DNA of 53,409 bases from Actinomycetota bacterium (GCA_017853375.1 JAFMJP010000001.1:1-53409), one strand, 5' to 3'; positions 1 through 8,966 are shown, numbered from the stretch's first letter. Notes: generated by a model not told the origin, from the letters alone. Program-made: numbers and translations.

Positions 1-2279
1 TCGTTGATTGCAGCGACGGTGCTCGCGATCGATTCCGGTGGTACGGGATGACTGATGAGGTAGCCCTGCGCCTTTGCGCAACGCAATTCGCCCAGGGTCT
101 GCAACTGACGGACGCTTTCCACGCCTTCTGCGACCATGTCCAAGCCCATCGATTCGCACATGGCGATGATCGTGCGCACCAGGGCGCGTGCGTCGTCGTT
201 GTCGGCGACTCCGTTGATGAAGGTGCGGTCGATCTTCAGTCGTTGAATGGGGAATTTCTGCAGGAGTGAGAGCGACGAGTATCCGGTGCCGAAATCGTCG
301 ATCGCCACTCGAACGCCGAGCTCGCAGAGTTTGGTGAGTGCAACCAAAGCCTGGTCGGGCTGCGAAATCATCACGCCTTCCGTCACTTCCAGCCAGAGCT
401 GCTTTGCCGGAATGTGGGCGCGAGTGAGGGCTTCGCTCACCACATTGACGAAGTTCGGATCGCTCAACTGCCGTGGCGAGACGTTCACCGCCATGGTTGC
501 GTCGCGCGGACATACGCCGCTTGCGATCCACTCGCTCAGGTGCGTGAGAGCCTCGAGCAGCGCCCAAGATCCAATCGGCACGATGGTGCCGGTTTCTTCG
601 GCGATGGGAATGAACTCGGCAGGGGAGATGGTGGAGCCATCCTCGCGATCCCAGCGCATGAGTGCCTCGAATCCGACGACCTCACCCAAGCCAATGTCGA
701 TGATGGGTTGATGCACCAGCCGCAATTCGCGACGTTCGAGTGCGCGGTAGAGAGCGGTCTCCACCGCCAAGCGTTGTGTGACGCTCTCCAGCATGGATTC
801 ATCGAAGATCGCAACACAGTTGCGTCCCGATTCCTTGGCGCGATACATCGCGGTATCGGCGTGCCGCAGCAAGTCGTCGGCAGAATTGGTGACCGACGGC
901 CGATAGGTGGAGACGCCGATGCTCGCCGAGACGAACACATCCCCCTGCCGGAGGGCCAACGGCTCGTGGAATGACTCGAGGACCCGGTCGGCGAGCACCA
1001 TGGCTTCGCTTGGCCCTGCAGTGTGTGGGTCGAGCACGACGAACTCGTCACCGGCGATGCGCCCGACGACGCACCTCGTGGGGAGCACGACGCGCAAGCG
1101 TTCTGCCACGGCAATGAGGACGTCGTCTCCGGCGGCGTGACCGAGGCTGTCGTTGATGTTCTTGAAACGATCGACGTCGATGAACAGCACGGTTGGTTGG
1201 CGGCCATCGCGCCACGCAGTACGCAGGGCTGTGTCGACGTGCTGCAGCATGAGGGATCGATTGGGTAGGCCGGTCAACGCATCCGTTTGCGCACTTGCCA
1301 CGAGTTTTGCCTGCAACATGGCATTGGCGCGAACCGCGAGCACGACTCGCACCAACACCACTGCCGACAACACGAGCACCGACACGGTTCGCACGACGCG
1401 ATCCCGGGTGTCTTGTGCGTCGGTCAGGGCAAAGATGAAGATTGGTGCGACCAATCCGGAGATCACCACCACGAGGCGTCCGGCGAGTGGTCGGGTGGAT
1501 CGGTAGGCACCCTGTGCGGTGAGAAACCGAATCTCGGGATGCAACAACGTTGCCGCTGCCGCAAAGAGCGCGAGTACGTATGGGGCATTCAGTACTGACT
1601 GCGAGATGTCGGTGAGTCGCGCATCCGACACGGCCCACAGCAAGTCGCCGATGAGCGACGCAATGATCGCACAGGTTGCCAGCCACACCACGGTGTTGTT
1701 TTCCGAGTCGCCGAGCAGCAAGGTCGCTAGCAGGAAGAGCACCACCGCAGAGAGGGAAAACGTGACGCCGCGAAGTGCGACGACCGCGGGTTCGTCGGTG
1801 ATGGTGTCGAAGAGAGGTCGCAACACGGTGATCCACAGCACCAGCCACGTGCCGAGTGAGAGGATCGAGGCATCGGCGAGCACCCCGACCGGCTCCCTTC
1901 CAATGCGACGTTGAACGACCACCAACAAACCGAAGATGAGGGTGGCCTGCACGATGAGAAAGAAGAACTCTCCAACGAAGTGGGCGGTAACGCCGAGCGA
2001 GTCCCGTGAGAGGACTTGTCCGCTGGTGACGGAACACGTGATGACGGCAAATCCGAGGAGAATGCGCCGGTCGAGTCGGTGGCTACGAGCGGAGGCACCC
2101 GCGGAGAGCGCAACGCTGGCGACTGCAAGTGCATAGACGACGTTGCCGAACGTCTCGGACCGAATCACCAGATGCGCAAACGACGTTGCAGCGCCCGTCC
2201 CCAAACAGAGCCACGAAGCGCGCTCGAGCGTGCGTTCTGTCACGCGAACACCACCGAAACCACGGTAGTAAATCCCCAT
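1..2279 (-). CDS. Membrane-anchored GGDEF/EAL cyclic-di-GMP signalling protein (3' end runs off the left edge)
   Basis: Absent from the ORF track because no stop lies in the window. My reverse-strand translation from ATG (2279..2277) gives MGIYYRGFGGV..., then several hydrophobic helices. A GGDEF domain follows (DALTGLPNRS...FIDVDRFKNINDSLGHAAGDDVL...RIAGDEFVVLD; AGDEF variant). An EAL domain follows that (GFEALMRWDREDG...LKIDRTFINGV...AEGVES...AQGYLISHP). The frame stays open to base 1. Confidence 0.85.
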   Translation of the reverse strand, partial: MGIYYRGFGGVRVTERTLERASWLCLGTGAATSFAHLVIRSETFGNVVYALAVASVALSAGASARSHRLDRRILLGFAVITCSVTSGQVLSRDSLGVTAHFVGEFFFLIVQATLIFGLLVVVQRRIGREPVGVLADASILSLGTWLVLWITVLRPLFDTITDEPAVVALRGVTFSLSAVVLFLLATLLLGDSENNTVVWLATCAIIASLIGDLLWAVSDARLTDISQSVLNAPYVLALFAAAATLLHPEIRFLTAQGAYRSTRPLAGRLVVVISGLVAPIFIFALTDAQDTRDRVVRTVSVLVLSAVVLVRVVLAVRANAMLQAKLVASAQTDALTGLPNRSLMLQHVDTALRTAWRDGRQPTVLFIDVDRFKNINDSLGHAAGDDVLIAVAERLRVVLPTRCVVGRIAGDEFVVLDPHTAGPSEAMVLADRVLESFHEPLALRQGDVFVSASIGVSTYRPSVTNSADDLLRHADTAMYRAKESGRNCVAIFDESMLESVTQRLAVETALYRALERRELRLVHQPIIDIGLGEVVGFEALMRWDREDGSTISPAEFIPIAEETGTIVPIGSWALLEALTHLSEWIASGVCPRDATMAVNVSPRQLSDPNFVNVVSEALTRAHIPAKQLWLEVTEGVMISQPDQALVALTKLCELGVRVAIDDFGTGYSSLSLLQKFPIQRLKIDRTFINGVADNDDARALVRTIIAMCESMGLDMVAEGVESVRQLQTLGELRCAKAQGYLISHPVPPESIASTVAAIN

Positions 2280-2315
2280 GTAACAACGCGTGATTCGTTA
2301 GCCTGAAAGCGGGCG

Positions 2316-2330
2316 GAGGTCAGTGACCTC
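2316..2330. promoter_or_regulatory. Perfect 7-1-7 palindrome GAGGTCA-G-TGACCTC in the divergent gap; candidate operator or RNA hairpin
   Basis: Read directly from the sequence. It lies between the GGDEF/EAL start (2279, minus) and the unknown-gene/phoH operon (GTG 2337 or ATG 2358, plus). No cognate regulator is identified. Confidence 0.3.
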
Positions 2331-2357
2331 GGGCGCGTGAGCGCTCATCGGAGACCC

Positions 2358-2966
2358 ATGTTCATTACCCGTCATACGCGCCTTGGCGATGTGGATTTGC
2401 GCGATCGTTTGTGGGAGTTTTATCGGCGTGCCTATGCCAACAATCCGGTGTTGCCGTTCACCGAGTTGGTGAATCGCTCCGAATTCGACGAGGCCTTGCT
2501 CAATTCCACCAACCGTGTATGGGTGGTGTGGGACGACAACCGTCCGATGGTGATGACGTTGATCGCAACCGACATCACGTCGACTCGTTGGTTGAATCCC
2601 GACTATTTTCGAAAACATCACGCGGATCGCATGCGAAAGGGACTGGTGCACTACGTGATGTGGGTCGTGGTGGACTCGGATGTCGAAGTTCGAGGAGCCA
2701 ACATTGCCCTGGCCAAAGAGGCACTCGCGGCAGAAGCACGCGACGGTGCGCTTCTCGTCTTCGATTTGCCCGACACCACACAACCCGGCAACGACGGCGG
2801 TGCAGCAGAGTTGATGTTGCGAATGGGACGAATGGTTGGCGAAGTGGAATTGGTACCGCTTGCTGCTCAACGGTTTTTCGCCCTCGATTTCGCGGCAGTT
2901 GGCGGGGAAGTTGCCAAGCAGAACGGGGCTAACATGAAGGAGGCCATGGGCACCCCCGCGACATGA
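2358..2966 (+). CDS. Hypothetical protein (possible acyl-CoA N-acyltransferase/GNAT-like fold), translationally coupled to phoH
   Basis: ORF 2337..2966 has non-shadow-like composition. The ATG at 2358 is preceded by GGAG 5-6 nt upstream, so I prefer it over GTG 2337. Its stop overlaps the phoH ATG (ATGA at 2963-2966). The strand/helix pattern (VWVVWDDNRPMVMTLIATD ... HYVMWVVVDSDVEVRGANIALAKEALAAEA) is GNAT-like only by eye. Confidence 0.6.
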   Translation: MFITRHTRLGDVDLRDRLWEFYRRAYANNPVLPFTELVNRSEFDEALLNSTNRVWVVWDDNRPMVMTLIATDITSTRWLNPDYFRKHHADRMRKGLVHYVMWVVVDSDVEVRGANIALAKEALAAEARDGALLVFDLPDTTQPGNDGGAAELMLRMGRMVGEVELVPLAAQRFFALDFAAVGGEVAKQNGANMKEAMGTPAT

Positions 2967-3952
2967 CCGTCGCCTCATCTGCCACCACGGTGGTCATTCC
3001 CGGAACCCATTTGATGGCGGCTCTCCTCGGTGAACGTGACGAACTGTTGCGTCATGTTGAACGTGCATTTCCGCATTGCTCCATCGTGGTTCGCGGCAAC
3101 GAAGTGAGTAGCTCTGGTCCGGAGGCCGAGGTCGTGGGTCGGCTGTTCGAAGAACTTGCCGAGCTCCTGCAACGCGGGGAGTCCCTGGATCTCGTGATTC
3201 TTGGACGTGTGATCGACATGGTGAAATCGGACGTGAGTCCGAGCAGCGTGCTCACCTCCGACATCGTGCGAGTGGGCCAGAGCCGACCAGTACGTGCCAA
3301 GACCGCCGGCCAGCGTCGCTACGTGGATGCAATTGCCGAACATGTCATTACCTTCGCACTCGGTCCAGCGGGTACGGGCAAGAGCTGGCTGGCAGTTGCC
3401 ATGGCGGTCCAGGCATTGCACTCCAAGTCGGTGCAAAGAATCATCCTCACTCGACCCGCAGTCGAAGCTGGCGAACGGCTGGGCTTCCTGCCGGGTGACT
3501 TGATGGCCAAGATCGACCCGTACCTGCGCCCGCTCTACGACGCATTGCATGACATGGTTGGTGCCGAGCACGCACAGAAGTATCTCGAGCGCGGGGTGGT
3601 GGAAGTTGCGCCGCTGGCGTTCATGCGCGGACGAACCCTGAACAACTCGTTCATCATTCTCGACGAGGCGCAGAACACCACGCCCGAGCAGATGAAGATG
3701 TTCCTCACGCGTATCGGGTTTGGTTCCAAAGTCGTGGTCACCGGCGACACGACGCAAGTCGACATCCCGGACGGGCGCAGTGGCTTGGCCGGCCTGGAGC
3801 GAGTGTTGACCGGTATCGAGGGTCTCACGTTCGTGCACCTCGAGTATTCCGACGTGGTGCGCCACAAAATCGTCGCAGACATCGTCGCCGCCTACGAGAA
3901 GTCGGGAGAGAAGGCTGCTTCACGAGTTCGGAGCGCCAGGCGCCGTGATTGA
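2963..3952 (+). CDS. phoH: PhoH-like ATPase
   Basis: Walker A GPAGTGKSW, ILTRPAVEAGERLGFLPGDL, KIDPYLRPLYDAL, FIILDEAQN; upstream of ybeY as in most bacteria. Confidence 0.95.
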   Translation: MTVASSATTVVIPGTHLMAALLGERDELLRHVERAFPHCSIVVRGNEVSSSGPEAEVVGRLFEELAELLQRGESLDLVILGRVIDMVKSDVSPSSVLTSDIVRVGQSRPVRAKTAGQRRYVDAIAEHVITFALGPAGTGKSWLAVAMAVQALHSKSVQRIILTRPAVEAGERLGFLPGDLMAKIDPYLRPLYDALHDMVGAEHAQKYLERGVVEVAPLAFMRGRTLNNSFIILDEAQNTTPEQMKMFLTRIGFGSKVVVTGDTTQVDIPDGRSGLAGLERVLTGIEGLTFVHLEYSDVVRHKIVADIVAAYEKSGEKAASRVRSARRRD

Positions 3953-4529
3953 CCGGCCGCGATCCAACACCCCACGACGAGTTGGTGGCGACGGGAACGT
4001 GGAGGTGTTCGTCTCCGATGAGCAAACCGACGTCGACGTCGAGTCCGTGCGATGGCAGACACTCGCCAGTCGCGTGCTGGAGGCCGAAGGCGTGAGGGGT
4101 CAGGCGGAGATGGCGCTGTTGTTCGTGTCGCGCGAGACGATGCACGAGATGAACCGAGTGCACATGGGTGTGGATGCCCCCACCGACGTGTTGGCGTTCC
4201 CCATCGACCTGGTCGACAATTCGCGAGCCACCGGGCCGACGGCCCGCTCGGCAACGCCGGTGTTGGCCAGGGTGGATACGGGGGAGTTGCCGCTCCTCGT
4301 CGGTGACGTGGTGGTGTGCCCTGATGTTGCACGCGATCAGGCACCGACTCACGCTGGAACGCTCGAGGATGAGCTTGCGCTGCTGGTCACGCACGGCGTA
4401 TTGCACGTGCTCGGTTACGACCACGACACGGAGACGAACGCCGGCAGGATGCGGAGCCGTGAGCGAGCGCTCCTGGAACAGCTTCATTGGAGTGGCGCTG
4501 CACCAGCCGCCTTTTCGCAGGGGTATTGA
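3945..4529 (+). CDS. ybeY: rRNA maturation endoribonuclease YbeY
   Basis: HGVLHVLGYDH zinc motif and PTDVLAFP. The GTG at 3945 overlaps the phoH stop. A GTG at 3999 (VEVFVSDEQ...) fits homolog N-termini better and is an alternative start. Confidence 0.9.
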   Translation: MIDRPRSNTPRRVGGDGNVEVFVSDEQTDVDVESVRWQTLASRVLEAEGVRGQAEMALLFVSRETMHEMNRVHMGVDAPTDVLAFPIDLVDNSRATGPTARSATPVLARVDTGELPLLVGDVVVCPDVARDQAPTHAGTLEDELALLVTHGVLHVLGYDHDTETNAGRMRSRERALLEQLHWSGAAPAAFSQGY

Positions 4530-5827
4530 TGTTGTTGTCGGCCACGTTCACCAACAGCGATGCATGGGTGCTCGTCACCGTGGGAATCCTGCTCGTGATC
4601 TTGACGCTGCTCGCATTGGCGGAGATGTCACTTTCGCGAATCACCAAGCAGAAGGCAGAAGCCCTGCTTGCCGATGGCCACAAGCGCGGCAACATCCTGG
4701 TTCGGTTGGCCAGCGATCCCACTCGATGGGTGAATCCGCTGTTGCTCACGGTGAACATCCTCCAAACACTGCAAGCAACGCTCACCGGAGTGGTGGCGAA
4801 TCGCGTGTTCGGCGCCCCGGGAGTGGTGATCGGCGTTGCGCTCAACGTCGTGGTGTTCTTCGTGCTGGCAGAGGCAGTGCCAAAGACCTACGCGGTGCTC
4901 TATTCGGTGCGGGGCGCAACTGCAACTGCGCCGTTGGTTTCTGCGTTGGCGGCATTCTGGCCGCTACGCGTGGCGTCGAACCTGCTGATTCGCGTCACGA
5001 ACCTCATCGTGAAGGGAAAGGATCTGGAGCAGGGTCCGTTCATCAGCGAAACCGAGTTCCTCGGCATCGTCGAGGCAGCCGCAAAGGATTCCGTGATCGA
5101 GGCCGAGGAACAGGAGCTCATCGAATCCGTGATCGAGTTCGGTGACACCAAGGTGCGCGAAATCATGAAGCCTCGACAGGACATCGTGACCGTTGACGAG
5201 TCGGCGACGGTGTCCTCGGCGCTGGGTGTGGCAATCGAACATCAATTCAGTCGCATGCCCGTCATTCGAATCGACGACGATGACATCGACGACGTCGCGG
5301 GAACGGTGAATACCAAGGACCTCATGCGACTCGAACGTGACGGACGTGGCGGGGAGTCGGTGAAGCTCCACATGCGTGAGGCGCACGTCGTTCCCGAAGG
5401 CAAGCCGGTCGCAGAACTGATGCGTGAAATGCAACGAACACAGAATCACCTCACGGTGGTGGCGGACGAATACGGGGCTTTCAGCGGCATCGTCACCCTG
5501 GAGGATTGCCTCGAGGAGTTGGTCGGCGAAATCGTCGACGAGCACGACGACGTTGATGCCAGGTTCCGTACCCAGCCGGGCGGTGACGTGTTGGTGGAAG
5601 GAGCGGTTGGCGTGGACGACGTCAATGAGCGTCTGGGAATCGAGATCAGCAATGCCGAGTACGACACCATAGGTGGCTATGTCTTCGGCATGATCGGAAG
5701 AGTGCCCCGAATCGGTGATGGCGTCGAAGCGGATGGATATCGACTCTGCGTCGAGGAGCTCGATGGGCGGCGTGTCACCATGGTTCGCTACGTACCTCGG
5801 GCGGGAAACGGTCCGACTCCGCAGTAG
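4529..5827 (+). CDS. DUF21/CBS-pair/CorC_HlyC family membrane protein (hemolysin-like, CorC/TlyC type)
   Basis: N-terminal TM helices, a CBS pair (VREIMKPRQDIVTV...; HLTVVADEYGAFSGIVTLEDCLEELVGEI) and a C-terminal transporter-associated domain. The ATG at 4529 overlaps the ybeY stop (TGATG); the ORF track start at 4487 is probably an over-extension. Confidence 0.9.
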   Translation: MLLSATFTNSDAWVLVTVGILLVILTLLALAEMSLSRITKQKAEALLADGHKRGNILVRLASDPTRWVNPLLLTVNILQTLQATLTGVVANRVFGAPGVVIGVALNVVVFFVLAEAVPKTYAVLYSVRGATATAPLVSALAAFWPLRVASNLLIRVTNLIVKGKDLEQGPFISETEFLGIVEAAAKDSVIEAEEQELIESVIEFGDTKVREIMKPRQDIVTVDESATVSSALGVAIEHQFSRMPVIRIDDDDIDDVAGTVNTKDLMRLERDGRGGESVKLHMREAHVVPEGKPVAELMREMQRTQNHLTVVADEYGAFSGIVTLEDCLEELVGEIVDEHDDVDARFRTQPGGDVLVEGAVGVDDVNERLGIEISNAEYDTIGGYVFGMIGRVPRIGDGVEADGYRLCVEELDGRRVTMVRYVPRAGNGPTPQ

Positions 5828-5863
5828 GGCTCGTCGGGCGGCGTGCGAAGTAGGGTCACGGTC

Positions 5864-6613
5864 ATGGAAGTTTCACTCGCTGGCAAGGTTGCACTCGTCA
5901 CCGGCGCATCACGGGGTATCGGCAAGGCGATTGCTGCACAGTTCGCGGCTGCAGGCGCCAAGGTGATGATCACGTCGCGCAAGGAGGATGCGCTGCGCGA
6001 GGCCCGCGCAGACATGAAGGGTGACGTGGAGATCTTCGCCGCCAATGCGGGCGATGTCGAGGCAGGCAAGGCATGTGTCTCGGCCACCATCGAGCGGTTC
6101 GGTGCTCTGGACATCCTCGTGAACAACGCCGCGACGAATCCCTACATGGGCCCCACCCTCGAAGTGGACGAGTCTCGATACGACAAGACATTCCAGGTGA
6201 ATCTTCGTGGTCCATTGTTCTGGTGCAAAGCTGCGTGGGAAGCGCATTTGAAGTCGCATCCCGGGGTCATCATCAACATCGCATCGGTGGGTGGACTGCG
6301 CGCCGAGGGATTTCTGGGTGTCTACAACCTCACGAAGGCGGCCCTCATCCACATGACGCGTCAGTTGGCCGGAGAACTCGGACCAACTCGCGTGGTGGGA
6401 ATCGCGCCCGGTTTGGTGAAGACGGATTTCGCATCGGTCTTGGTGGAGAACTTCGGTGAGCGACTCGCTGGTCAATTGCCGACGAAACGTCTGGGTGAGC
6501 CGGAGGACATCGCGAATCTTGCGTTGTTCCTCGCCTCCGACAAGGCCAGTTGGATAACGGGTGAAACCTACGTGATCGATGGCGGCGCAGGAGTTCGTTC
6601 GGGCGCCATATAA
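5864..6613 (+). CDS. Short-chain dehydrogenase/reductase (SDR) family oxidoreductase
   Basis: LAGKVALVTGASRGIGKAIA Rossmann motif, NNAA, Y-x3-K region (VYNLTKAAL) and a C-terminal ITGETYVIDGG. The ATG at 5864 gives the canonical N-terminus. Confidence 0.9.
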   Translation: MEVSLAGKVALVTGASRGIGKAIAAQFAAAGAKVMITSRKEDALREARADMKGDVEIFAANAGDVEAGKACVSATIERFGALDILVNNAATNPYMGPTLEVDESRYDKTFQVNLRGPLFWCKAAWEAHLKSHPGVIINIASVGGLRAEGFLGVYNLTKAALIHMTRQLAGELGPTRVVGIAPGLVKTDFASVLVENFGERLAGQLPTKRLGEPEDIANLALFLASDKASWITGETYVIDGGAGVRSGAI

Positions 6614-7830
6614 CGACGGGCATGTCGCAGTAACGGCGGCGCGCCGACGAGGAGAACGATGCCGAGCAGCACCGCTGATGCTGCATAGGTGGCGCGCAGA
6701 CCGAAGTAGTACGCGATTTGTCCGCCGAGAACTGCGCCGAGGGCGGAAGTGCCCGTGCCGATGAAGCGGTACACACTGTTGACGCGACCGAACAGTTCTT
6801 GGGGAATCAACCGTTGACGCAAACTCACGGTGATGACGTTCCACACCGTGCCGAACACCGCCATGAGCGTTCCGGCCACGACCACGGCCCAGACTTCGGG
6901 GACCGCTGCCGGGATGACTTCCAGCGCGGCGAACATGGTGTACGACACCACGATGGCGACCGATGGGCCGAGCCAGCGGGCCACGCGTGCTCCGATCAGG
7001 CCGCCGAGGATGGATCCGACGGCTGCAGTGGCCAACAGCAGACCAAACCCACGGGGTCCCAAACCGAGTTCGTCGCGCACGTATTTTGCAAAGATCGATT
7101 GCGCAAACATGTGGCACATGTTCGCCGCACCGAGCATCAGTGCAAGCGTGCGCAACAGGGGATGATGCCAAAGCCAACGAAATCCGGTCGTGAAACTCTC
7201 GCGGTAGCTGCCCGACACCGGACTTCCGGCGAAGGGACGTGCAATCTTGATCGACGAGAGGAGCAGTGCGGCAATCGCCAGTGCCACGGCTTGGAGTCCG
7301 AAGGGTGCCGATGCGGCGATGACGAACAACCACGCACCGATGGGCAGACCCACGAAGGAATTCGCCGCAACTTCGGCGGCGTAGAGCCGACCGTTGGCTT
7401 TCTCCAGAAGATGATCGTCGACGATTGCGGGAAGGAACGCCTGGGCGGACATGTCGAAGAGAACTTCGCACACGGCGAGCAGGAGGACGAGCAGCAGGAG
7501 CAGCCAGATGTTCACTACTTCGGTCACGATGGCCACTGCGAGCACTCCGAACAGGGCGGCACGAATCAGGTTTGCCGAAGTCATGATGCGTTGTCGGTCA
7601 TGGCGGTCGATGAAGACACCGGCGGGAAGTGACAATACGAGCCACGGAAGCATTGCGGCGAAGCTGACTGCACTGATCATGCGGGAGTCGTTCGTGAGAC
7701 TCAGCGCCAGAAGCGGTGCGGCAGCACCAACGAGGCCGTCTCCGAGATTGGAGGTGGTGGACGCGGCAAACTGTCGCCAGAACGCCGGAGGAAGGCGAGT
7801 GGTTGTCGCTGGCGGTTGCTCCGCGCTCAT
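6568..7830 (-). CDS. MFS transporter
   Basis: 420 aa, about 12 hydrophobic helices, typical MFS loops. Its ATG overlaps the menE stop (ATGA at 7827-7830). Confidence 0.85.
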   Translation of the reverse strand: MSAEQPPATTTRLPPAFWRQFAASTTSNLGDGLVGAAAPLLALSLTNDSRMISAVSFAAMLPWLVLSLPAGVFIDRHDRQRIMTSANLIRAALFGVLAVAIVTEVVNIWLLLLLVLLLAVCEVLFDMSAQAFLPAIVDDHLLEKANGRLYAAEVAANSFVGLPIGAWLFVIAASAPFGLQAVALAIAALLLSSIKIARPFAGSPVSGSYRESFTTGFRWLWHHPLLRTLALMLGAANMCHMFAQSIFAKYVRDELGLGPRGFGLLLATAAVGSILGGLIGARVARWLGPSVAIVVSYTMFAALEVIPAAVPEVWAVVVAGTLMAVFGTVWNVITVSLRQRLIPQELFGRVNSVYRFIGTGTSALGAVLGGQIAYYFGLRATYAASAVLLGIVLLVGAPPLLRHARRYMAPERTPAPPSIT

Positions 7831-8966
7831 CGGATCAATTCTGACATCAATGGCTTTCCGAGCGCAGAGCGGGGAATCGATTCAACGAGGGAGATGCGAC
7901 GAGGCGCAGAGTAGGCAGCCAGCGTTTCTTTGACGTGGCTTCGTAGTGCGTCAAGCGTTGGCGGTCGATCCTTCGTGGTCGGCACGATCCATGCGCACAC
8001 CACGGTGCCCCACTCGGGGTCGGGAACACCACGGACCACCACCTCGGCAACGAGTGGATGTTCGCGCAATCGCTGCTCGACGATGTGGGGCCACACCTTG
8101 TTGCCGCCCGTGATGATGAGATCGTCGCTGCGTCCCTCGATACGGAGAATCCCCGAATCGAGCGTGCCATTGCGTTGGTCGCCGTTCAGCGTGCCAACGT
8201 CGCCAGTGTCCAGCCATCCATCCACGAGAGGCATGGCCGCGTGCCGGTAGGTCCGCGCCATGCTGGGCGTGCGCAAGTAGACGCGGCCATTGGTGAGTCG
8301 GATGTCAACGTCGCGCAGTGCGGTGCCGTTGTACACGACGCCGCCGCAGGTCTCGGTGAGTCCATAGGTGGAGATTGCATTCGATGGCAGCACTTCGCTA
8401 CGTGCAGCACCAACCAACACGAGTTTCCAGTCTGCAAATGAGTGTCGTGCGAGAAGGGTGGGCACCACGGACGTATGGGAAGCCCCGCGCGCAAGGGCCT
8501 CTGTGAGGGTTGCGTCGTCCACGTGATTGGCAAATGAGATCCGGGAGCCAAGTCGAATCGCTCGACTGAGTACGCCGAAGCCACCGATGTGCGCAGTGGG
8601 AAGGCACAGCCACCAATGATCGGCTGCGCTGAGAGCGAGGCGTTCGGTCACCATCCGCGCATGCGCAGCGATGCCGTCGTGCGTGTGCACCACACCTTTG
8701 GGCGCCCCCGTAGAGCCACTCGTGGCGATGACGAGTGCGTCACCGTCCCGTAAGGCGACCAATTCCACATCCGGGGATTCGAGGATCTCTGTTCCGTGTT
8801 CGCTGACGAGTTCGTTCGCGCCGAGCGACACCGCAAGTTTGCGCCGAATTGCTGGATTCATTCGTTGGTCGAGTGGCAGCACGGCGTGACCCGATTCCCA
8901 CGCGACCTCCACCTCGGCACGTAGCCGATCGGATGCCGGGAAGTCGACGGCAATGAGACGCGTCAC
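7827..8966 (-). CDS. menE: o-Succinylbenzoate-CoA ligase (AMP-binding enzyme)
   Basis: TSGSTGAPKGV, YGLTET, DTGD and GGNKVWP adenylate-forming motifs. Short (379 aa) actinobacterial MenE-type length, within a men gene cluster. GTG start. Confidence 0.8.
   Translation of the reverse strand: MTRLIAVDFPASDRLRAEVEVAWESGHAVLPLDQRMNPAIRRKLAVSLGANELVSEHGTEILESPDVELVALRDGDALVIATSGSTGAPKGVVHTHDGIAAHARMVTERLALSAADHWWLCLPTAHIGGFGVLSRAIRLGSRISFANHVDDATLTEALARGASHTSVVPTLLARHSFADWKLVLVGAARSEVLPSNAISTYGLTETCGGVVYNGTALRDVDIRLTNGRVYLRTPSMARTYRHAAMPLVDGWLDTGDVGTLNGDQRNGTLDSGILRIEGRSDDLIITGGNKVWPHIVEQRLREHPLVAEVVVRGVPDPEWGTVVCAWIVPTTKDRPPTLDALRSHVKETLAAYSAPRRISLVESIPRSALGKPLMSELIR

Noticed and set aside
2316-2330. 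Resemblance of AGGTCA...TGACCT to eukaryotic nuclear-receptor response elements
   Set aside because: It is a coincidence of sequence. Only the palindromic geometry, not the eukaryotic analogy, is biologically relevant in a bacterium.
5909-7471. 520-aa ORF on the minus strand spanning the SDR and MFS genes
   Set aside because: It is Arg/His/Ser/Pro-rich low-complexity translation, typical of an out-of-frame shadow ORF in GC-rich DNA. It overlaps two genes with clear family motifs.
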